Origin: Chrysomallon squamiferum | Taxonomy: Eukaryota; Animalia; Mollusca | Assembly: GCA_012295275.1 (NCBI GenBank) | Contig: CM022673.1 | Coordinates: 16,306,001 to 16,370,000 of the forward strand | Direction: 5' to 3' | DNA length: 64,000 nucleotides | Part shown: piece by piece, positions 1-61,392 of the stretch | How the letters are laid out: every line of letters begins with the position of its first letter | Position numbering within the stretch: position 1 is the first letter of the stretch | Notes under the pieces: generated by a model | Seen by the model: only the letters and a program-made list of their open reading frames with translations | The model's database searches: none | What the model was told of the DNA's origin: nothing | Translations under genes and position numbers: made by a program

Positions 1-114
1 CAGAGAAGATGTGCAATTGTTGAATCTTTTCTCTGTCCTCCTGGCAATTGTTCTGTGTTTACTGAACTCATCTAAGTTCATTATTTCCTCCCGTTCCTCC
101 ACACTGTGCTCCAT
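1..114 (-). CDS. Possible first coding exon of a minus-strand gene running off the window start (MEHSVEEREEIMNLDEFSKHRTIARRTEKRFNNCTSSL...)
   Basis: ATG at 114 (minus strand) with an in-frame TGA a few codons upstream; 38 open codons to position 1; charged, non-repetitive composition and higher GC than the flanks. No family recognised. Confidence 0.3.
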   Translation of the reverse strand, partial: MEHSVEEREEIMNLDEFSKHRTIARRTEKRFNNCTSSL

Positions 115-404
115 CTCTTTGATGTTTGCTCATGAAAACAGAGCAATTTTTAGTTCACAAATATCAGAATAACAGGAGTGAGGTCACGTGATCATTGCAG
201 GATTGCAGCCCCTTGAGAAATCTTTTATTCCAGCCAGGACTGCATGGCTGCTATATCAAAGGCTAGAAATGAAATATCTGTCTCTAAAAGGAAATGTAAT
301 TAAAAGTTCCCTTGCTGATGATCAAAAGATATATAGTTTGGATATGATAAGTGCATATATCCATTTTAGAAAGTTCTGAAACATTCTTCTCTGTGCTCCT
401 ACAT

Positions 405-510
405 TAAGTGTTTTCCTGCTGCTAGGAAGGTGTATGTAAAAGAAATCCTGTTGCTAAATGGTAAGAATAATCCATAAAGCAATGGGATAGGTTTCTTGTC
501 TCATATCACA
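405..510 (+). mobile_element. Degenerate Nin/Deu-domain SINE core fragment
   Basis: ttcctgctgctaggaaggtgtatgtaaaagaaatcctgttgctaaatggtaagaataatcc...ggtttcttgtctc resembles the remembered Nin-domain core (cctgtctgtgggatggtgcatataaaagatcccttgctgctaat...gggtttcctctc) and the copies at about 21275 and 22160. Confidence 0.5.
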
Positions 511-3379
511 ATTAAGCAAGAAACAATTTATTAATAACTGTGAAAAATTTCAATATACACACACATATATTTATATATTTATATATGAATGTGTTAGGTA
601 GTTCTTAATTCATCCAGAAATAAATTATTTCTTCCCACACAGAAAACTATTATAAAACATTTTCACATAAAAATGCGGCAGTGATAATAAAATGGAAGTT
701 AATTAAATCATTGCTGTTTTAATGCTTGGCTGGTTGATTAAATCTATCAATTTATTGCCTCAAGAAAAAAAAAAATCTTAAAGAAAGATTTAATTATTGT
801 TGTATTATAATGTAATTCAGATAAAATCTTTTTCCTGTAGATCTTCTTTTCTTTAGACAATGGATGTTCTGTGTAACATACAAACACATACATTGTGTAC
901 ACCTAAACATTCATGTAATTGTTGTCTTACAATTATATACTTTATCTCTTTCAAAAATCAGTCTGTCCAGTTTCCTTCTTTCTATTTGCACCTGTCCTTT
1001 TATTTTTATCTTTCTATCTTTATTTCATACTTAGATACATTATATGCAGACATATACATATATATATATATTAATGTGTACACACATACACACAAACAAA
1101 CATGTACTTTCTTTCATTTACAGACCTTTGAAGCATGCACATTCTATCTTCCCTTTCAATTTTTTTTCTGTCTATATTTATCTTTGTTTACTTTTTCTTA
1201 CTTTCTATTTTATCTTTATATATCTTTTTTCTTCTTCTTTTTCTATCTCTTTCTCTCCCTTTACCTCTTTTTTATCTCTTTTTCTTTCTCTCAATTTTTT
1301 CTATCTTTGTCTCTATTTATTTTTCTCTTTTTATTTATTTTCTCTCTTGCTCTTGCCATTACACACATTCTCCTTTCGTCTCTTTCAAACAAGCTGTACA
1401 GCAATTGTTGCACCTAGTGACATGTGAATAAAACTATTTACTATTGAACTGAGTTTTAATTAGCTGATTATAGAGGACACATGCTAATTACCTGTTCACA
1501 CAACAAAGAATCTTCAGACAGGTGATAATGTTCTGCAGTGACAGCTGCAACAAAAAACAAGACCAAAAAAAATAAAAAAATAATAATAATAACTTTTGAT
1601 AGAAAACTGATCTGATTAACTGAAAAACAGTTTTAACAACAATTGTCTGAGAAAGAATAAAGTGAAATAGGTCAGATCTCAATTTCTGTTTCAACTATTA
1701 CAGGTAATAAGTGCATGTGTGGTAAATAGTCACTGCAGATTTGCACTAATTAATGTGCTGGATGGTTGTGCATACATATACATGTTATTTGTTACATAGA
1801 CACACACAGACACATGTACAAACATACTTATATATATATTCATACATGCATACATCGATACAATACAACAAGACTTACACACATACATACAGACATACTG
1901 ACATTAACATGTAGAGACATAGTATGTACAAACATACCTATATATATTTTCTTTTATTTACATCAATACATTAAACAAAGGTGAGATTTCTGCTTTATTT
2001 GTCTTCTCTTGTTAATATTTAATGATAATGGTGGAAGGTCGTGATATATGGGTCCTTAGGGAATTTCCCATTCTAAACTATGCTCTCAGGTTGCTGTAAC
2101 AACAGCCATATTCAAGTTAACTAAAGGACCTTATTGGTTAGCAAAATATATTTTACTTTATTTTATTTTATTTTATTTAGTTTTATTTTATTTTAGTTTT
2201 ATTTGTATTTATTTCTTATAGATTTATAGATTTATAGATTTAATTTAATTTAATTAATTAATTGTATTTGTTTGTAGTATTATTTTTATTACTACTTTTT
2301 TTTTTAGTCACTTAGAAGCAGTCATATACTAGTACATACTTACAGATGATTTCAGAATTAAAAAAAAAAAAAAATGTGCAATTTGAAAGCACTGATTAAA
2401 GAAGTATATATCAGTGATGGATTCGAAAACATCATATATAGTCTTTATAAAAAGAATTAAAAAATTTAAAGGGGCTAGAAAGAAAAGAATTATTTGTATG
2501 CACAAAATACTTAAGACTATTTAACATCATCAGATTATAATTATGTATTTGTGTTCAATATATTAGAAACAAAATAAACAAAATAGGCAGTGTACATGAC
2601 ATACCATTTGTAACATCACCAGTCTTTATATTTTCTGACACATAACTACTTATATTAGAAACAAAATATCAGCAGTATACAGAATATGTTATACAGGGTG
2701 TTATGTGCTGTGTGATTATGCTATAATGACCTTTAATGAGAACTAAAACTATATAATGAAGTATATAAAATACATTTATATAACTATATAATTGTTTCAG
2801 ATATACTTTAAAAATATATATATGGGGACACATACTGCCATAAATGTACTTAAAACGTATTTAGACAATATATTGGTACATGTACTATCATAGATATACC
2901 TAAACAAAATATGTTTAGGCTACATATGTAGATTCCATAGATATATTTAGGCAATATATTAGTACACATTACTATCATTCTTTTACATAAAGATGAAACA
3001 AAATACAATTAAACAGATCTGTAACATGCATATAGACTTTACATCAGTACCTATACTACCACACATTTACTTAAACATGAAACAAAAACAATTACACCTA
3101 AGTTTAGAAAACACATTTCAACTATTTGTAACTGGCTTTCCAGATGAACTTGAACAATAAACAGAGAGAAGAATTACTTGGTGGCATGTAAAAAGTATTT
3201 AAATTGCTTGTTATTAACCTAACTCAGAGTGTTGAGTTTTAAATACTGCTACTGGGTGATTTGAAGTAGTCTGCCACAGGGTGAATGCCTCAACTCAAAC
3301 TGATCTCACGTTTGTAAATAATCTACACAGAGATCCCAGCACTGTAAATATTGTTTATATCAACACCACGAGTGGCTAT

Positions 3380-3522
3380 TATGTTTTTTGTTTTCTCACT
3401 TTTTTTTTTTTTTTTCTTTTCTTTTTTTTTTTTTATTCTTATTTTTGCATGTTCTTTCTCTGGCATTTTTTTTTTTTTTTTTTTTTTTTGTTTTTTTTTC
3501 TTTCTTTTTTATTCAATTTTTT

Positions 3523-3561
<39 letters not shown>

Positions 3562-3725
3562 TTGTTGTTGTATTTTTTCTTTATTTTCTTTGTTTCCTTG
3601 TAGGTTTTTTCCCTGATTTTTATTCTTTATTCTTTTTTTCATTTTTACATTTTCTATTTTCTTTTTTTTTTTATTTATCCCTGTAGTTCTTTTCAATTTT
3701 TTTTTTTTTTTTGTTTATTTTTCTA
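3380..3725. repeat. Poly-T / T-rich low-complexity tract
   Basis: Long T runs with occasional c/g/a; source of the poly-Phe and poly-Lys ORFs. Confidence 0.95.
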
Positions 3726-3869
3726 TGACCTTTTTCTTGGTTTCCCCCCTCATCTTTCAAAGACTCTAAAAACAACACCACTCAATAATCCATCGCATCC
3801 TTTATGAAAACTCAGCTCTGTAAAAGATGAAGATTGACACCAGCAGAAATAAAAAAAAAAAAAATTTGC

Positions 3870-4270
3870 TTTTGGCAACTTCGGCAAATCCAATAACGAT
3901 TGTAATAATTACAAAATCGACATGGATCCTTTTCTCCGAGTTTGAACTCTCCGCTAAGATCTGGCCCCTGCAGGCCTTCATCCTGCACATGGCTCCTGAG
4001 TCCAGCGTGACCTTATTCTACTCATTTTCTTTATTTAATGTTCAGTGTTTTGATGAAGTTACGTAGGAATTATTTCATCACTGGTTTCGCAGTCAAGTAA
4101 CGCGGTTTGACGTCAGACGACACGTTTAGGATCTGACTGGGGAAAGCAGAGATGCAGACTTGTGATCGGTGCTGGCAGAGACAAGAAGAACATTGTTATT
4201 TAATGACGCTGTGGTCACATCGTTCAGTCAAAGCTGCCAGATGTCTGGCTTCTTCCTGTTGTTAGCGATT
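3870..4270. promoter_or_regulatory. CpG-containing high-complexity island with a full CRE palindrome (TGACGTCA 4108-4115) and Inr-like TCAGTC (about 4224); candidate promoter or enhancer
   Basis: Local cluster of CpGs in a CpG-poor background; motifs read directly from the sequence; about 4 kb upstream of the first coding exon. Confidence 0.35.
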
Positions 4271-4599
4271 GTTCTATCTGTGTTAGAAACTTGTGGTAAA
4301 GTCTGACGTAGCTGCTGCAATAGTGGTAGTGGCAGTGGTTGTTGATGTTAATGTTAATAAAGTTGTTCAAGTAGGGGTAACAATAGATGTTGTTGTGGCC
4401 ATAGTAGCTGTAGTAACAGTAGAAATTGTTGTGGTAACAGTAATTGTAATAAAAGTAGTAGTAGTAGCTGTAATCACAGTAGTAGTTGTTGTCGTAGTTG
4501 TAGTTGTAATGGCAGTAGTAACCCTAATAACAGTAGTAACAGTAGCTGTTATAAAAATATTTGATGTGATTAGTTGTAATTACAGTAGTAGTTGTTGTG

Positions 4600-4995
4600 A
4601 CAGTTACATTTTAACATGTCTCAAAGTTACATTTCAGTATCATTAAACCACATTTCTGTGTGTCACAGTTACATTTCAGTATCATTAAACCACATTTCTG
4701 TGTGTCACAGTTACATTTCAGTATCATTAAACCACATTTCTGTATGTCACAGTTACATTTCAGTATCATTAAACCACATTTCTGTGTGTCACAATTACAT
4801 ATCAGTATCATTAAACCACATTTCTGTGTGTCACAGTTACATTTCAGTATCATTAAACCACATCATTACAAGTATCATTAAACCACATTTCTGTGTGTCA
4901 CAGTTACATTTCAGTATCATTAAACCACATTTCTGTATGTCACAGTTACATTTCAGTATCATTAAACCACATTTCTGTATGTCAGTTACATTTCA
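4600..4995. repeat. 42-bp tandem minisatellite (cacatttctgtgtgtcacagttacatttcagtatcattaaac), about 8 copies
   Basis: Near-identical head-to-tail units; explains the 14-aa periodic ORFs at 4611-5050. Confidence 0.95.
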
Positions 4996-7594
4996 ACATG
5001 TTTTGGTCACATTTTATCATGATAGTATTTTACAGTGTAACATTTCATAATGATACTTTTACATTTTGATACAACACTAATATATTTCAACACAATGTTA
5101 TGTAACAAAGAACTATTTCAACATGTAACACAGAAACATTTTGCCATGAAACAAGCAAACATTTCAATATGTAACAAGAATCATTTCAGTATGTAACAAA
5201 GAAATATTTCAGCATATAACAAAGCAATATTTCAACATGTAACAAAGAAATATTTCAACACTGAACAACATGGAACTGTTTCTTAAAATGACACAAAATC
5301 ACCTTTGTGTCACAGAGTGACATTTTAAATGTGTCACATTCTAGAATGTGTAACAGAACACACACTGGCTCTGGTTATCAAGATAAAATAAAAAAACCTA
5401 TAAAATTTCTTCTAAATGTCAATGTGTCTGATTGGTCTAAAATAGAAAACAGAGCTGCAGTAAATAAGCTTGAATTACATTTAAAAAAAAAATATGGGTT
5501 GACAATCCATATCATGTAAATTTAAAATCCTAAATTTAAAAGAAATTTAATTTAATTTTAATTTAATTTAATTTAATTTAATTTTGCTTGATTTTCTTTT
5601 CTTTACTATATCTTTTTGTTAAATCATTATTTAAAATTTTGGTTATTATTATTGTTGTTTTTGTTGCTCTTGTTCTTGTTGTTTTTGTTGAATATTATTA
5701 TTAAAGTTTAAATATATATGTGTGTGAATGTTTATGTATTTTTGAAGAATCTAGCTTATTTTAATTAGATTCCATTAGATATTTTACTAAATGCTTTCCT
5801 TACAAAAGAATTACCCTATAAATTACCCTATTTTTGGTTTGAATGTTTCCATCAGTTTCAAAATTACCTCATTACTGGTGTGTAAATAAACTCCAGTATT
5901 ACATGATATTTACCCATGCACTGTACAGTTATCCTTTTATGTCACAAGAGAAAATGTATATGTTAATTTATTTAATTAATGGGTATTAGTTTGAAATGAT
6001 AATAGCCCAAAATGAGCACAGAGAATTAAAATTCTGAAATTCAAATAAAGAAATGGAAAGAAGTTATTTGTAACTTGTAAATATATTTAATTAATGGATA
6101 TCACTCAAATGTGAGAAGGTTTTACTGTATTAGAATTATTTTTATTTTTAAATGAATTTTAAAAACTATTTTTATAACAATAAAATTTACAAATTTGTTC
6201 TTTCTTTCCTGAATTTATTTGTTTGTTCTTTAATTTACATGCTTATTTATTTATTATACCTGGTAGTATAATGTTTTACTGTACCATCACCCACAAATGT
6301 TTTAAGTCTTAAAACCAAACAAAAACACTTGTTGAACATTTTGGATGTGGACCAGCCAACCTGTGTCATATTCATCATTCATTTTGTCTTCTAATAGCTG
6401 TTTATATTAGCTTTATTTTGGTTTCACATTAAGATATTAAAATTTTAATCGTAGCCATCGTATGGTGAAATAACTTTGTAATGTGTAAATATATCTTATT
6501 CTTTCTTTTCTTTTTGTTTTTTTCAATGCAGTATTAGTTGCATCTTCTGGTGAAATAACATTTTGATACTAACGTAAATTTGTCTTTCACATCATGATAC
6601 ATTTGTTGTATCAATCTACTTTAAGCTTTATTGCACTGGGAGGAAGTAAGTAGGTAGTTATGTGTGTTAATTTGCACTCTCTGATTTGATGTTAGCTACT
6701 TATCTAGTATCTAAAGAGTGTAATACCATTTTTTAGTGCACACATCTAGTAATGATATCAGAACACTGAACTAATTACATTTTATAGGTTTTATCTACTG
6801 CACCTAGACAATCCAATTATTTCTATATTAAATTTTCTAATATATTGATAGCATTTACAAAATATTATTTATAGATTTCATAAGCTGAATGATGTACATA
6901 CATTTATTTTAACTGGTCTTTTAAAAATATATTTACCAATATTTCTCCTTTTTCTTTTTATTTTGCAGACTTTCATGGATTATTAATGTCTTGGATTCTG
7001 GAACATTCTCTTGATGACCTTTAGTGACCTTTTGAGACAAAAATATTGGTTGTGTTGGAGACATGAAGGATATTGGAGAAGATTTTGAAAGATATCAGTT
7101 TTTGAATGACCAGTCTACCAAAAACATTTCCACTCCATGGTTATTTTTATTCCTCATGTTTTAATATCTTTCCCATTCAGACAGTATTTTCCATTTAACT
7201 GCTCAGGAAAAACATTGTTTTAAAATTGTGTTCTAGTCTTTGGAGAAACAAAAGAGATTTCCAGTGTGTCTGTACATCTGTGTGTCTGTCATTGTTTAGA
7301 TTGATTCTGAAACATAGCAGAACTGAAATTTTTTGTCAAAGAGAAGCAAAACCTTGTGAGTTTTTTCTTTGTTTTAAAGTCTGTGATAGATTATTGTTAT
7401 TGTTGTTGTTATTGTTTATATTGTTGTCATACTATTATTATTGTTATTTTTATTATTACTATTATTACATTGATCATCATCTTCATTATCATTACTATTG
7501 CTATTACTACAAAAAAAAAGAAGATTTTTATAAAATGCTATTAGATTTCACTATGTTAACATGCTATCTATTTCCTACCCATTTATGTTATCAT

Positions 7595-7625
7595 GTCTAT
7601 CTATATCTCTATCTATCTATCTATC

Positions 7626-7660
<35 letters not shown>

Positions 7661-7800
7661 CTCTATCTATCTGTCTATTTATCTATCTCTCTATCTCTCT
7701 ATCTATCTATCTATCTGTCTCTCTCTTTCTCTATCTATCTATCTGTTTATCTATGTATCCATCTGTCAGTCTGTCTGTTGGCTTGTCTGTATATCTATCA
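7595..7800. repeat. (CTAT)n / (CTGT)n microsatellite
   Basis: Direct inspection. Confidence 0.9.
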
Positions 7801-8002
7801 AACTATCTATTCTCCATACATTCATCTATCCATCTGTTTATCAAGATAGCTATCTAACCACTTTTACTGTTATTGTTTTTGTTATTATCATTACAAAATT
7901 AAATTATTATTGTTATTTATTTTAATGAGATGAAGATGCCGATTAAGGTTTAACTGAAGATCAAAGGACATTTACCTGTATGAAACACACCTGTGATTTA
8001 AA

Positions 8003-54105
<46,103 letters not shown>

Positions 54106-57100
54106 GTATCATTTTCTTTCTTTCTTTTGAATTTTCCTCCATACAATTTGTTGAACCATCTGTGTTGTTTTAATTTTGTAGTTGTTAGTATTATTTATAT
54201 TTTTTAAAATTATTAATACTGTTTCTCTTATTGGTGTTTTTGCTGTTGCTATGATATTATTTTAGGATTATTGAATTTTTTACCATTTTTTTTAGTGTTC
54301 CAGTATTATTAGAATTTAGAAATTATTAACACTAATATTGTTCTTGTTGTTCTAACTACATCATCATCTTCATGTTCACCTCCTTTACCTCTCATCCTGT
54401 TTCTGTCTGTCTCTTTCTCACATTTTCTTTTACCCAAAAATATTAACAATACTTTGTTTTGTATTTAATTTTGATTTTGGTATTTTTTCTTTCCTTCGTT
54501 ATTTATTTAATATTTTATGATTAATCATTGTTTAGTCTTTAATAATTATTTATTGTTTTACACATATATTCAATCTTCACATCTATTTTATGTATTTAGT
54601 ATTTATTTATTTATCCATGTATTTAAATTTTCACCATTATTATCCATTTAAAAAATGGCTGTCATTTTATACAACAAGTTTTCACATTAATGTGTTCTTG
54701 CGTAAACTGTTTGTTGCTAAGGAAACAAAAAAATGAGCAGCTGGAGTTTTTCTCATAGTATTCAGTGACAAATGTACTCATCTATTCTCCTGTCTTATTC
54801 TTACTGTTTTAACTGCTTGACAGAAAATATTATCTGAGTTCAAAACCAGATTATATTTGACGTCACTGAAATCATAGATAAACAAATAAAAAGGTTACTT
54901 CAAAGCTGTTCCCTAAAAAAAAATATTTTGTAAAAAAATCATATTAATCATTGGAAAACTGAAATAAATATAAAAACAAACCGAAAGATTTAAAAAAAAA
55001 GATTTTATGTATCTGAGAAAGAAATGTGTATTTAATAAATAAATAAATATGTGTAAAAGAATAAATAATTAAATAAATGTTAACAATAAATAATTAGTAA
55101 TATATATAATTTAAAAAGCAAACAGTGGTGTGTCTGAATTACAAAATATAAATTACAAAAATAACTAATAATGTGCTGTGAACAAAAGAAAACAAAAAAA
55201 ATTAATTAAAATTTAAATAAATCAGAAATATTTCACATCACTGGTGCAGCCAGTGATAAAAAAAATAAATAAACGTGGTTTAATTAGTGTTGTTTAATGA
55301 ACCAAAAACTTGAAAATTTTATTTACACAGTTAACCATCCAAGAGATGAAGTTTTTAATTCTGAAATTGCTTCATGTAATAAGATGACTGCATGAAACCA
55401 CTGCTCATTAATTGACTGCTTAAGATTACTGTCCTAATTTTTAGTTTTTATCACTTTGCAAAATTTTATTTCTTTTACAAAACAGCCTAGTTCCAAATCA
55501 GTTTTTTATTTAGAATAGCGTTATATTTGTATTTAGATCTAGAAAATTATTTAGATTAACATTACACACTGTGTTATGGAACTACATAATTAATATTCCT
55601 GTCTGGTATATCAGCTGTTGTGTGCTAAATGATAAATAACCCTCATTCTTTTACACATCAGCCTTGAATTTTTATAATGCATCCATTAAAATTGTTTTTA
55701 ACAATGTTTACGTTTCAAAATTTTGAAGAGAGAGTACGCCCCAAATCCCCACCACCTGCTGAATTTATCATCAAATTTGCCAGTCTGCCACCTCAGTGTC
55801 ATTCCCACAACCCTAAGAGGTGTAACATTTTAATTTGCTGAAAGAAAAATAACACTAAACAATTTAAATTAATCAGGTGAAAACCAGGTGTAGATCATTC
55901 GGTACAAATAAAGTTATGTCAGGCACCTAAATTTTGTAAATTGTGTTGATGTTAGTCCAGAGTTTGTATGTGTGAAGTAGTTTAGATAACAGTTAAGTAT
56001 GTTTTTCCTTTCTTCATCTTTTTTTTTTTCTTTAATACACTCAGAGATTTGTTAAAAAGCTGCAATATCCAGCAGTTTATTACACCGTTTTATCTTCTGA
56101 AGAAAATAGGATTGAAAATTTAACTTAGATGAAAGGTACAAGATAAAAAAAGTAAAATTAGATTTTAAAAATGGAGATTGAAAGAAAGAGAAAGCAAGTG
56201 AGATAGAAAGAGAGCAAACTGGAAAAGTAGGGTGCACAAACAAGTGAGCAAAAGGTAATTTTAAAACTGGGAAATTAATTTCTTTAATCATTATTTCTCT
56301 TACTACTTCTACTGTTATTGTTACTGTTGTTATAACTGTTTTTGTTATTAATTATTATTATTTCAATTATTATTATTATTATTGTTATTGTTATTGTTGT
56401 TCTTATTGTTGCTATTGTTATTATTATTACAACTATCATCATTATCATTTACTTATTTTTATAACCTTCATACCTATTACATAGCATCACCCATCACCAC
56501 CATCACCACCATCACCATCACCACCATCACCCATCATCATCACCAGCATTCAAAAAGCCATGAATATATCTTAGTGTATTGATTCAGTGCCACCTTGATC
56601 TGACCACCCACTCTATGAATATTTGCTAATTATCTCTGATCAGAAACAAGCCACATGGGAAAAAAGCACCATCACAGTGTAATCATATCTTTCCCTGCTT
56701 GTGATAAAATAATAATTAATTTTACAGTACATACAGCTTGTTATGTTAGTTAAACGTCCTGTTATGTAATTCACCAGCATGGGAACAATGTTTTTTTCAT
56801 GTCTCTGTGTGTGCAGTACTGGGTTTATTTAATACACAGACAAAGTGTGGTGGGAAAGGTTATAAAAGTATGTATTTGTTATAAGGTGAGAGGATGTGTG
56901 AAAAAGTTATTTATTGTTGTTGTTTTTCTTCTTTCTTTTTTTGTGTTATTTAGTCACACATTTTTTGTTGTAGTTGTTTATTTATTATTATATTAATATT
57001 ATCATTATCTTTATTATCATTATCATTGTTAGTATCATCATCATTGTCACCATCATCATTATTATTATTATTATACATATTTATGTTATTTGCTGAGAAA

Positions 57101-57153
57101 AAGGTATAAGTTTCTAAAAGTTGTTTTTTCAAAAATAATTATTGTCAGTGTTT

Positions 57154-57156
<3 letters not shown>

Positions 57157-57213
<57 letters not shown>
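57157..57213. repeat. (AAT)n microsatellite
   Basis: Direct inspection. Confidence 0.97.
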
Positions 57214-59512
57214 TTTGAGACATTTATTTATTCTGAAAATATGAAATATCTTCTTTAAAATAACAAAAGTCTATTTGTGAGAATGAATAAAAATTTATTT
57301 AACTTTCAGTTTAAAATTACTCAGTGGTAGGGGAAATTCTGCTTTTGACACTTTTACAGTCAATTGTTTTGAAATAATTCATTTACTAAACCAACTTTTA
57401 TTAATTTCTTATCATCAGACGAACTGTAAAAAAATATTGTAAATTAAATAAAATAAATACATTTTTTTTTTAAATCCTTTAAATTACACAAAACTGCTGT
57501 AAATAGCTGCACACACAGTCCATCTTGTGATCATCGGTTTACAAGACTTTTTGTCCTTGTAATAAAAACTGGTCAAACATGAGAGACTGGACAATGGGGA
57601 CTTACTAAATAGAAAATATTGATGACTGTTAGCTCTCTGGAAATGACAGTTGTCTCTGGTGATGAAGATAATTTCTGAGATAATTTGATAATGATTGTTG
57701 TGCACTTAAGTTGAAGGTACTTAATCTGTCCAGTGTTTACATCAGACAGAATTTTCGTTACAGCTAGACATTTGTTCACTAAAAGATATATGTGTGTGTG
57801 TGTGTGCAAAACTAGACTGTTGTTTAAATGAAACACTTCATGGTAGAATATTCATCTCACTATGATAGTGATAAGTTCATGCTACTTTGTTTTAATAAAA
57901 TTAATGTGTGTATCTACATCTATAGGTATATGTGCATGTATGAGTATGTGTTTGTATGTATACATGTATACATCTATGTATGATGTATGTATCTATGTGT
58001 GTTTATGTATGTATGTATGTTTGTATGTATGTATGTATGTACAAAATGTTCTGATTGCATAATTTAATTAATTCAAATCTGTATCTAAGCAAACATAAAT
58101 CAAATGGCATTAATATATATATATAACATAGTCTATAAACCAATGTTTAAGTAAGATAACTTACAGAAATTAATAAAAAAAAAAAATTATAAATAAAATA
58201 AATCAATATACTAATAAAAAAGAGAGAAAAAAAAAGAAGAAAAAAAAACTAAATAACTAAAATAAATAAATAATTGATTACTGAAGAATAATGATTAAAA
58301 AAGCATTTTGCTATGTCAGTATAGGTGAATGATCATTCCATGGTATTAAGATATGCAAAGAGAAAAAAGGCATTCAGATCACAGTTGACAAATAATTATT
58401 TTGCATGTCAGAGAGTTGACACAGAGTAATCAGCCTTGATGTAAATCTCCATCTGCTTCCTTTGTGAAACATGAAAGTTGTAGAGGAAAGGGAAATAATC
58501 AGTGATGTGAATGACAGTTGTATTATTTTAATCAGTCATATAGCAGATCTGTTTGTTTTGCTTTTTTTAATTATTTTTTTTTAAATGAATTTTTATATTC
58601 TCAAGGATAGTTTCTTTTAATATTATTTTATTTTAGTAAATAGATTAAATAGTAAATGCTATCAATTCAGTGTGTAAAATAGCCGTATTTTATTATTATG
58701 TTGGACAGTAAAAGAAGATAAAACATAAATACATGGAATGTCCACAGAGGTTTGTTCACAAAGTTGTAACTCGAAGATAAAGGAGTAGGAACATTAACAA
58801 AAATATAATAATAATATAAATATCATTAAATGAAATCATTTTACATTGTTCAAAAGAGAACTGACTTTAAATCTGGTTTGATGTTTCGTTTCGAATTCTA
58901 ACAAAAAGTCACAGAATATTGTTTTGTTTGTTTTTCTCTTTTATTTAATATTTAAAAAAAAATTATTTCTATATAATATAACTGATTTGTACTTTGAGTT
59001 TAATAAAATTTTAAATTACCGTTTATACTCTTTTTTCATCACACTCTCTAATGAAAAATTAACTCTAATTACCAATTTATTTCCTTTCAGAGTAATCTTC
59101 TTCATCTAACATTCATAACAAATTGTTATTGAAATTGTTACTTTTAATTTTTAAAATTCAATCATTTTTCTTTTATTCTTGAAACTGAGTTTAATTTACA
59201 AGACTGGGATTTTGTGTTTTGGAGATTTTCTTTTCATTGATTTTTCTTTTAGAAGTATAGAATTTCAATCTGGTATCATACTGCAGTGAACAAAGAGAGT
59301 TAAAAAATATATCAAGGGTTTTATTTGATGTTTTTCATAAACTGGAGTAAAAAAAACAGTAATTGTTCTGAAAATGACAAGAATACCATATTGTTTAGTC
59401 ATATATTATGAAGTAATGACATGACTATTAATAATAACAATAAGACAACTACTACTTCTACAACTGCAGCTACTACTATTAGTATTACTAGCACTACAAT
59501 TACTACTGTTAT

Positions 59513-59545
<33 letters not shown>

Positions 59546-61119
59546 ATCTACTATTACTGGTAACAACAGCAGCAACAGTAAAAAGAAGAACAGGAATTAG
59601 AAAAATAATAACAAATTATGTAGATATTAAGGATAATTGTGGTAATGATGATGATAATGATAATGGCAATGATGATGGTAAGGATTATTGGTAAAACTAG
59701 TCTGTGGTATGTTAAATAAAGCTGTGAAGGAAAACATTTAAAAACTGTTACTAAAAGATGAGAGAACACACACAGAGTGATAATAATCTACCATCATTTA
59801 GCTTATACACATTTTTCTGACATCATTACTTGCATGCTACTGTTATATGTAGCCTATAACATTCGCTAATTCAACATGACTTGTATATTAAAAAAAAAAA
59901 AAAAAAACTAACTAACTGAAAACAAAAAATCTCAATGTTTTTCTAGTTTATGCTTCTGTTATTTTACCTGAAGTTATCAACACACCTGGGGATTTAGGAA
60001 GATAACAGTCAAACCACACATCATATCACATCTACCTATCTTGTTTTCCAATCACATTTTAGAGATAAACACATTTCCAACATTATTCCTCTTAGTGCAA
60101 TGTAAATGTTCTGAGATTTTCAGGGATTTTCTTTTTTAATCTAAGCACTCCGATTGTTTTAAGATACCACCTGTCCAGGTGTGCAGATTGTTTTGAGATG
60201 ATACCTGTGCAGCTGTGTGGTAAATAAAAAAGTCAGGTAAATCTCGGGGTTAAGTGGCAAATCTGCATCTTAATCTTCAAAGATTCTAGATTACACAGGT
60301 AAAGAAAACAAAAAATATTTCTGATTTGTTGTTGAAGTTGAAGGTTCTGTTTTGAGTATACTCTTCTTGATTTTTGTTTAATAATGATAATAAAGATATT
60401 AAAGTTATAAAATATACTCAAGTATCATTTTTATGAATTTTAATAGATTGTTATGTTTAAAATGAAAATAAAAGAAAGGACTGATCCATTTTTTCACTTA
60501 CTTGTTAACAACAATAACAAAATAACAATATAATAATAATAATAATAAGAAGAACAAGTAAGAAGAAGAAGAAGATTTATATTAATTTACTATGGACATA
60601 AACATTTATTTTGAAATATAATAATATTTTCTGATAAAATATGTGTATTATTCTTAAATCATTATATTTGATGTAATATAATTATTATTATAATCTGCAA
60701 TAATATAAAATACTAGTTTTTATCATATTTTTAATTAAGAAAACATTAAATATCTATAATAATGTCTGTTTATTAACTTAAGTTACTGTATGAATTATAA
60801 TGAAACATCTACAGACATTTTTATTATTACTATGAAAAAAGCCCAGTGTTTTGCTCATGGTAATTTATTACTATGACAACATGGAAAAAACCCAAGGTTT
60901 TGCTTATGGCAATGTTGGTAAATGTTTATACCTGCCACCTGTTCATTTCACAAACTTTCAGGTATAAATACATATTGCTCACATGTTGCTGTCAGTTTTT
61001 ATTTCTTCATTACAAAACAGATTTTCAACAGATTAGCAAATTTATTCAGTAAAATTGTCTTTTTCTTTATTTCTTTATTTTTGATTTTGTTTTGGAGCAG
61101 AGATGAAAAGTCACCTTTC

Positions 61120-61392
61120 TAAAAGATCAAATAGTCACCATGTTAAAGGACCAAATAGTCACCATGTTAAATGATCAAATAGTCCCCATCTTAAGAGATC
61201 ATATAGTCACCATGTTAAAAGATCAAATAGTCCCCATGTTAAACGATCAAATAGTCACCATGTTAAAAGATCAAATCGTCACAATGTTAAACAATCATAA
61301 AGTCACCATGTTAAGAGATCAGATAGTCACCATATTAAACAATCAAATAGTCACCATGTTAAGAGATCATATAGTCACCTTGTTAAGAGATG
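61120..61392. repeat. 24-bp tandem minisatellite (aaagatcaaatagtcaccatgtta), about 11 copies
   Basis: Constant 24-bp period; gives the MLKDQIVT-repeat ORF. Confidence 0.95.

Noticed and set aside
4611-5050. Cys-rich periodic ORFs (MILKCNCDTQKCGL)n and CRISPR-like appearance
   Set aside because: Head-to-tail 42-bp repeat with no unique spacers, open in several frames because the unit is 3n; eukaryotic context.
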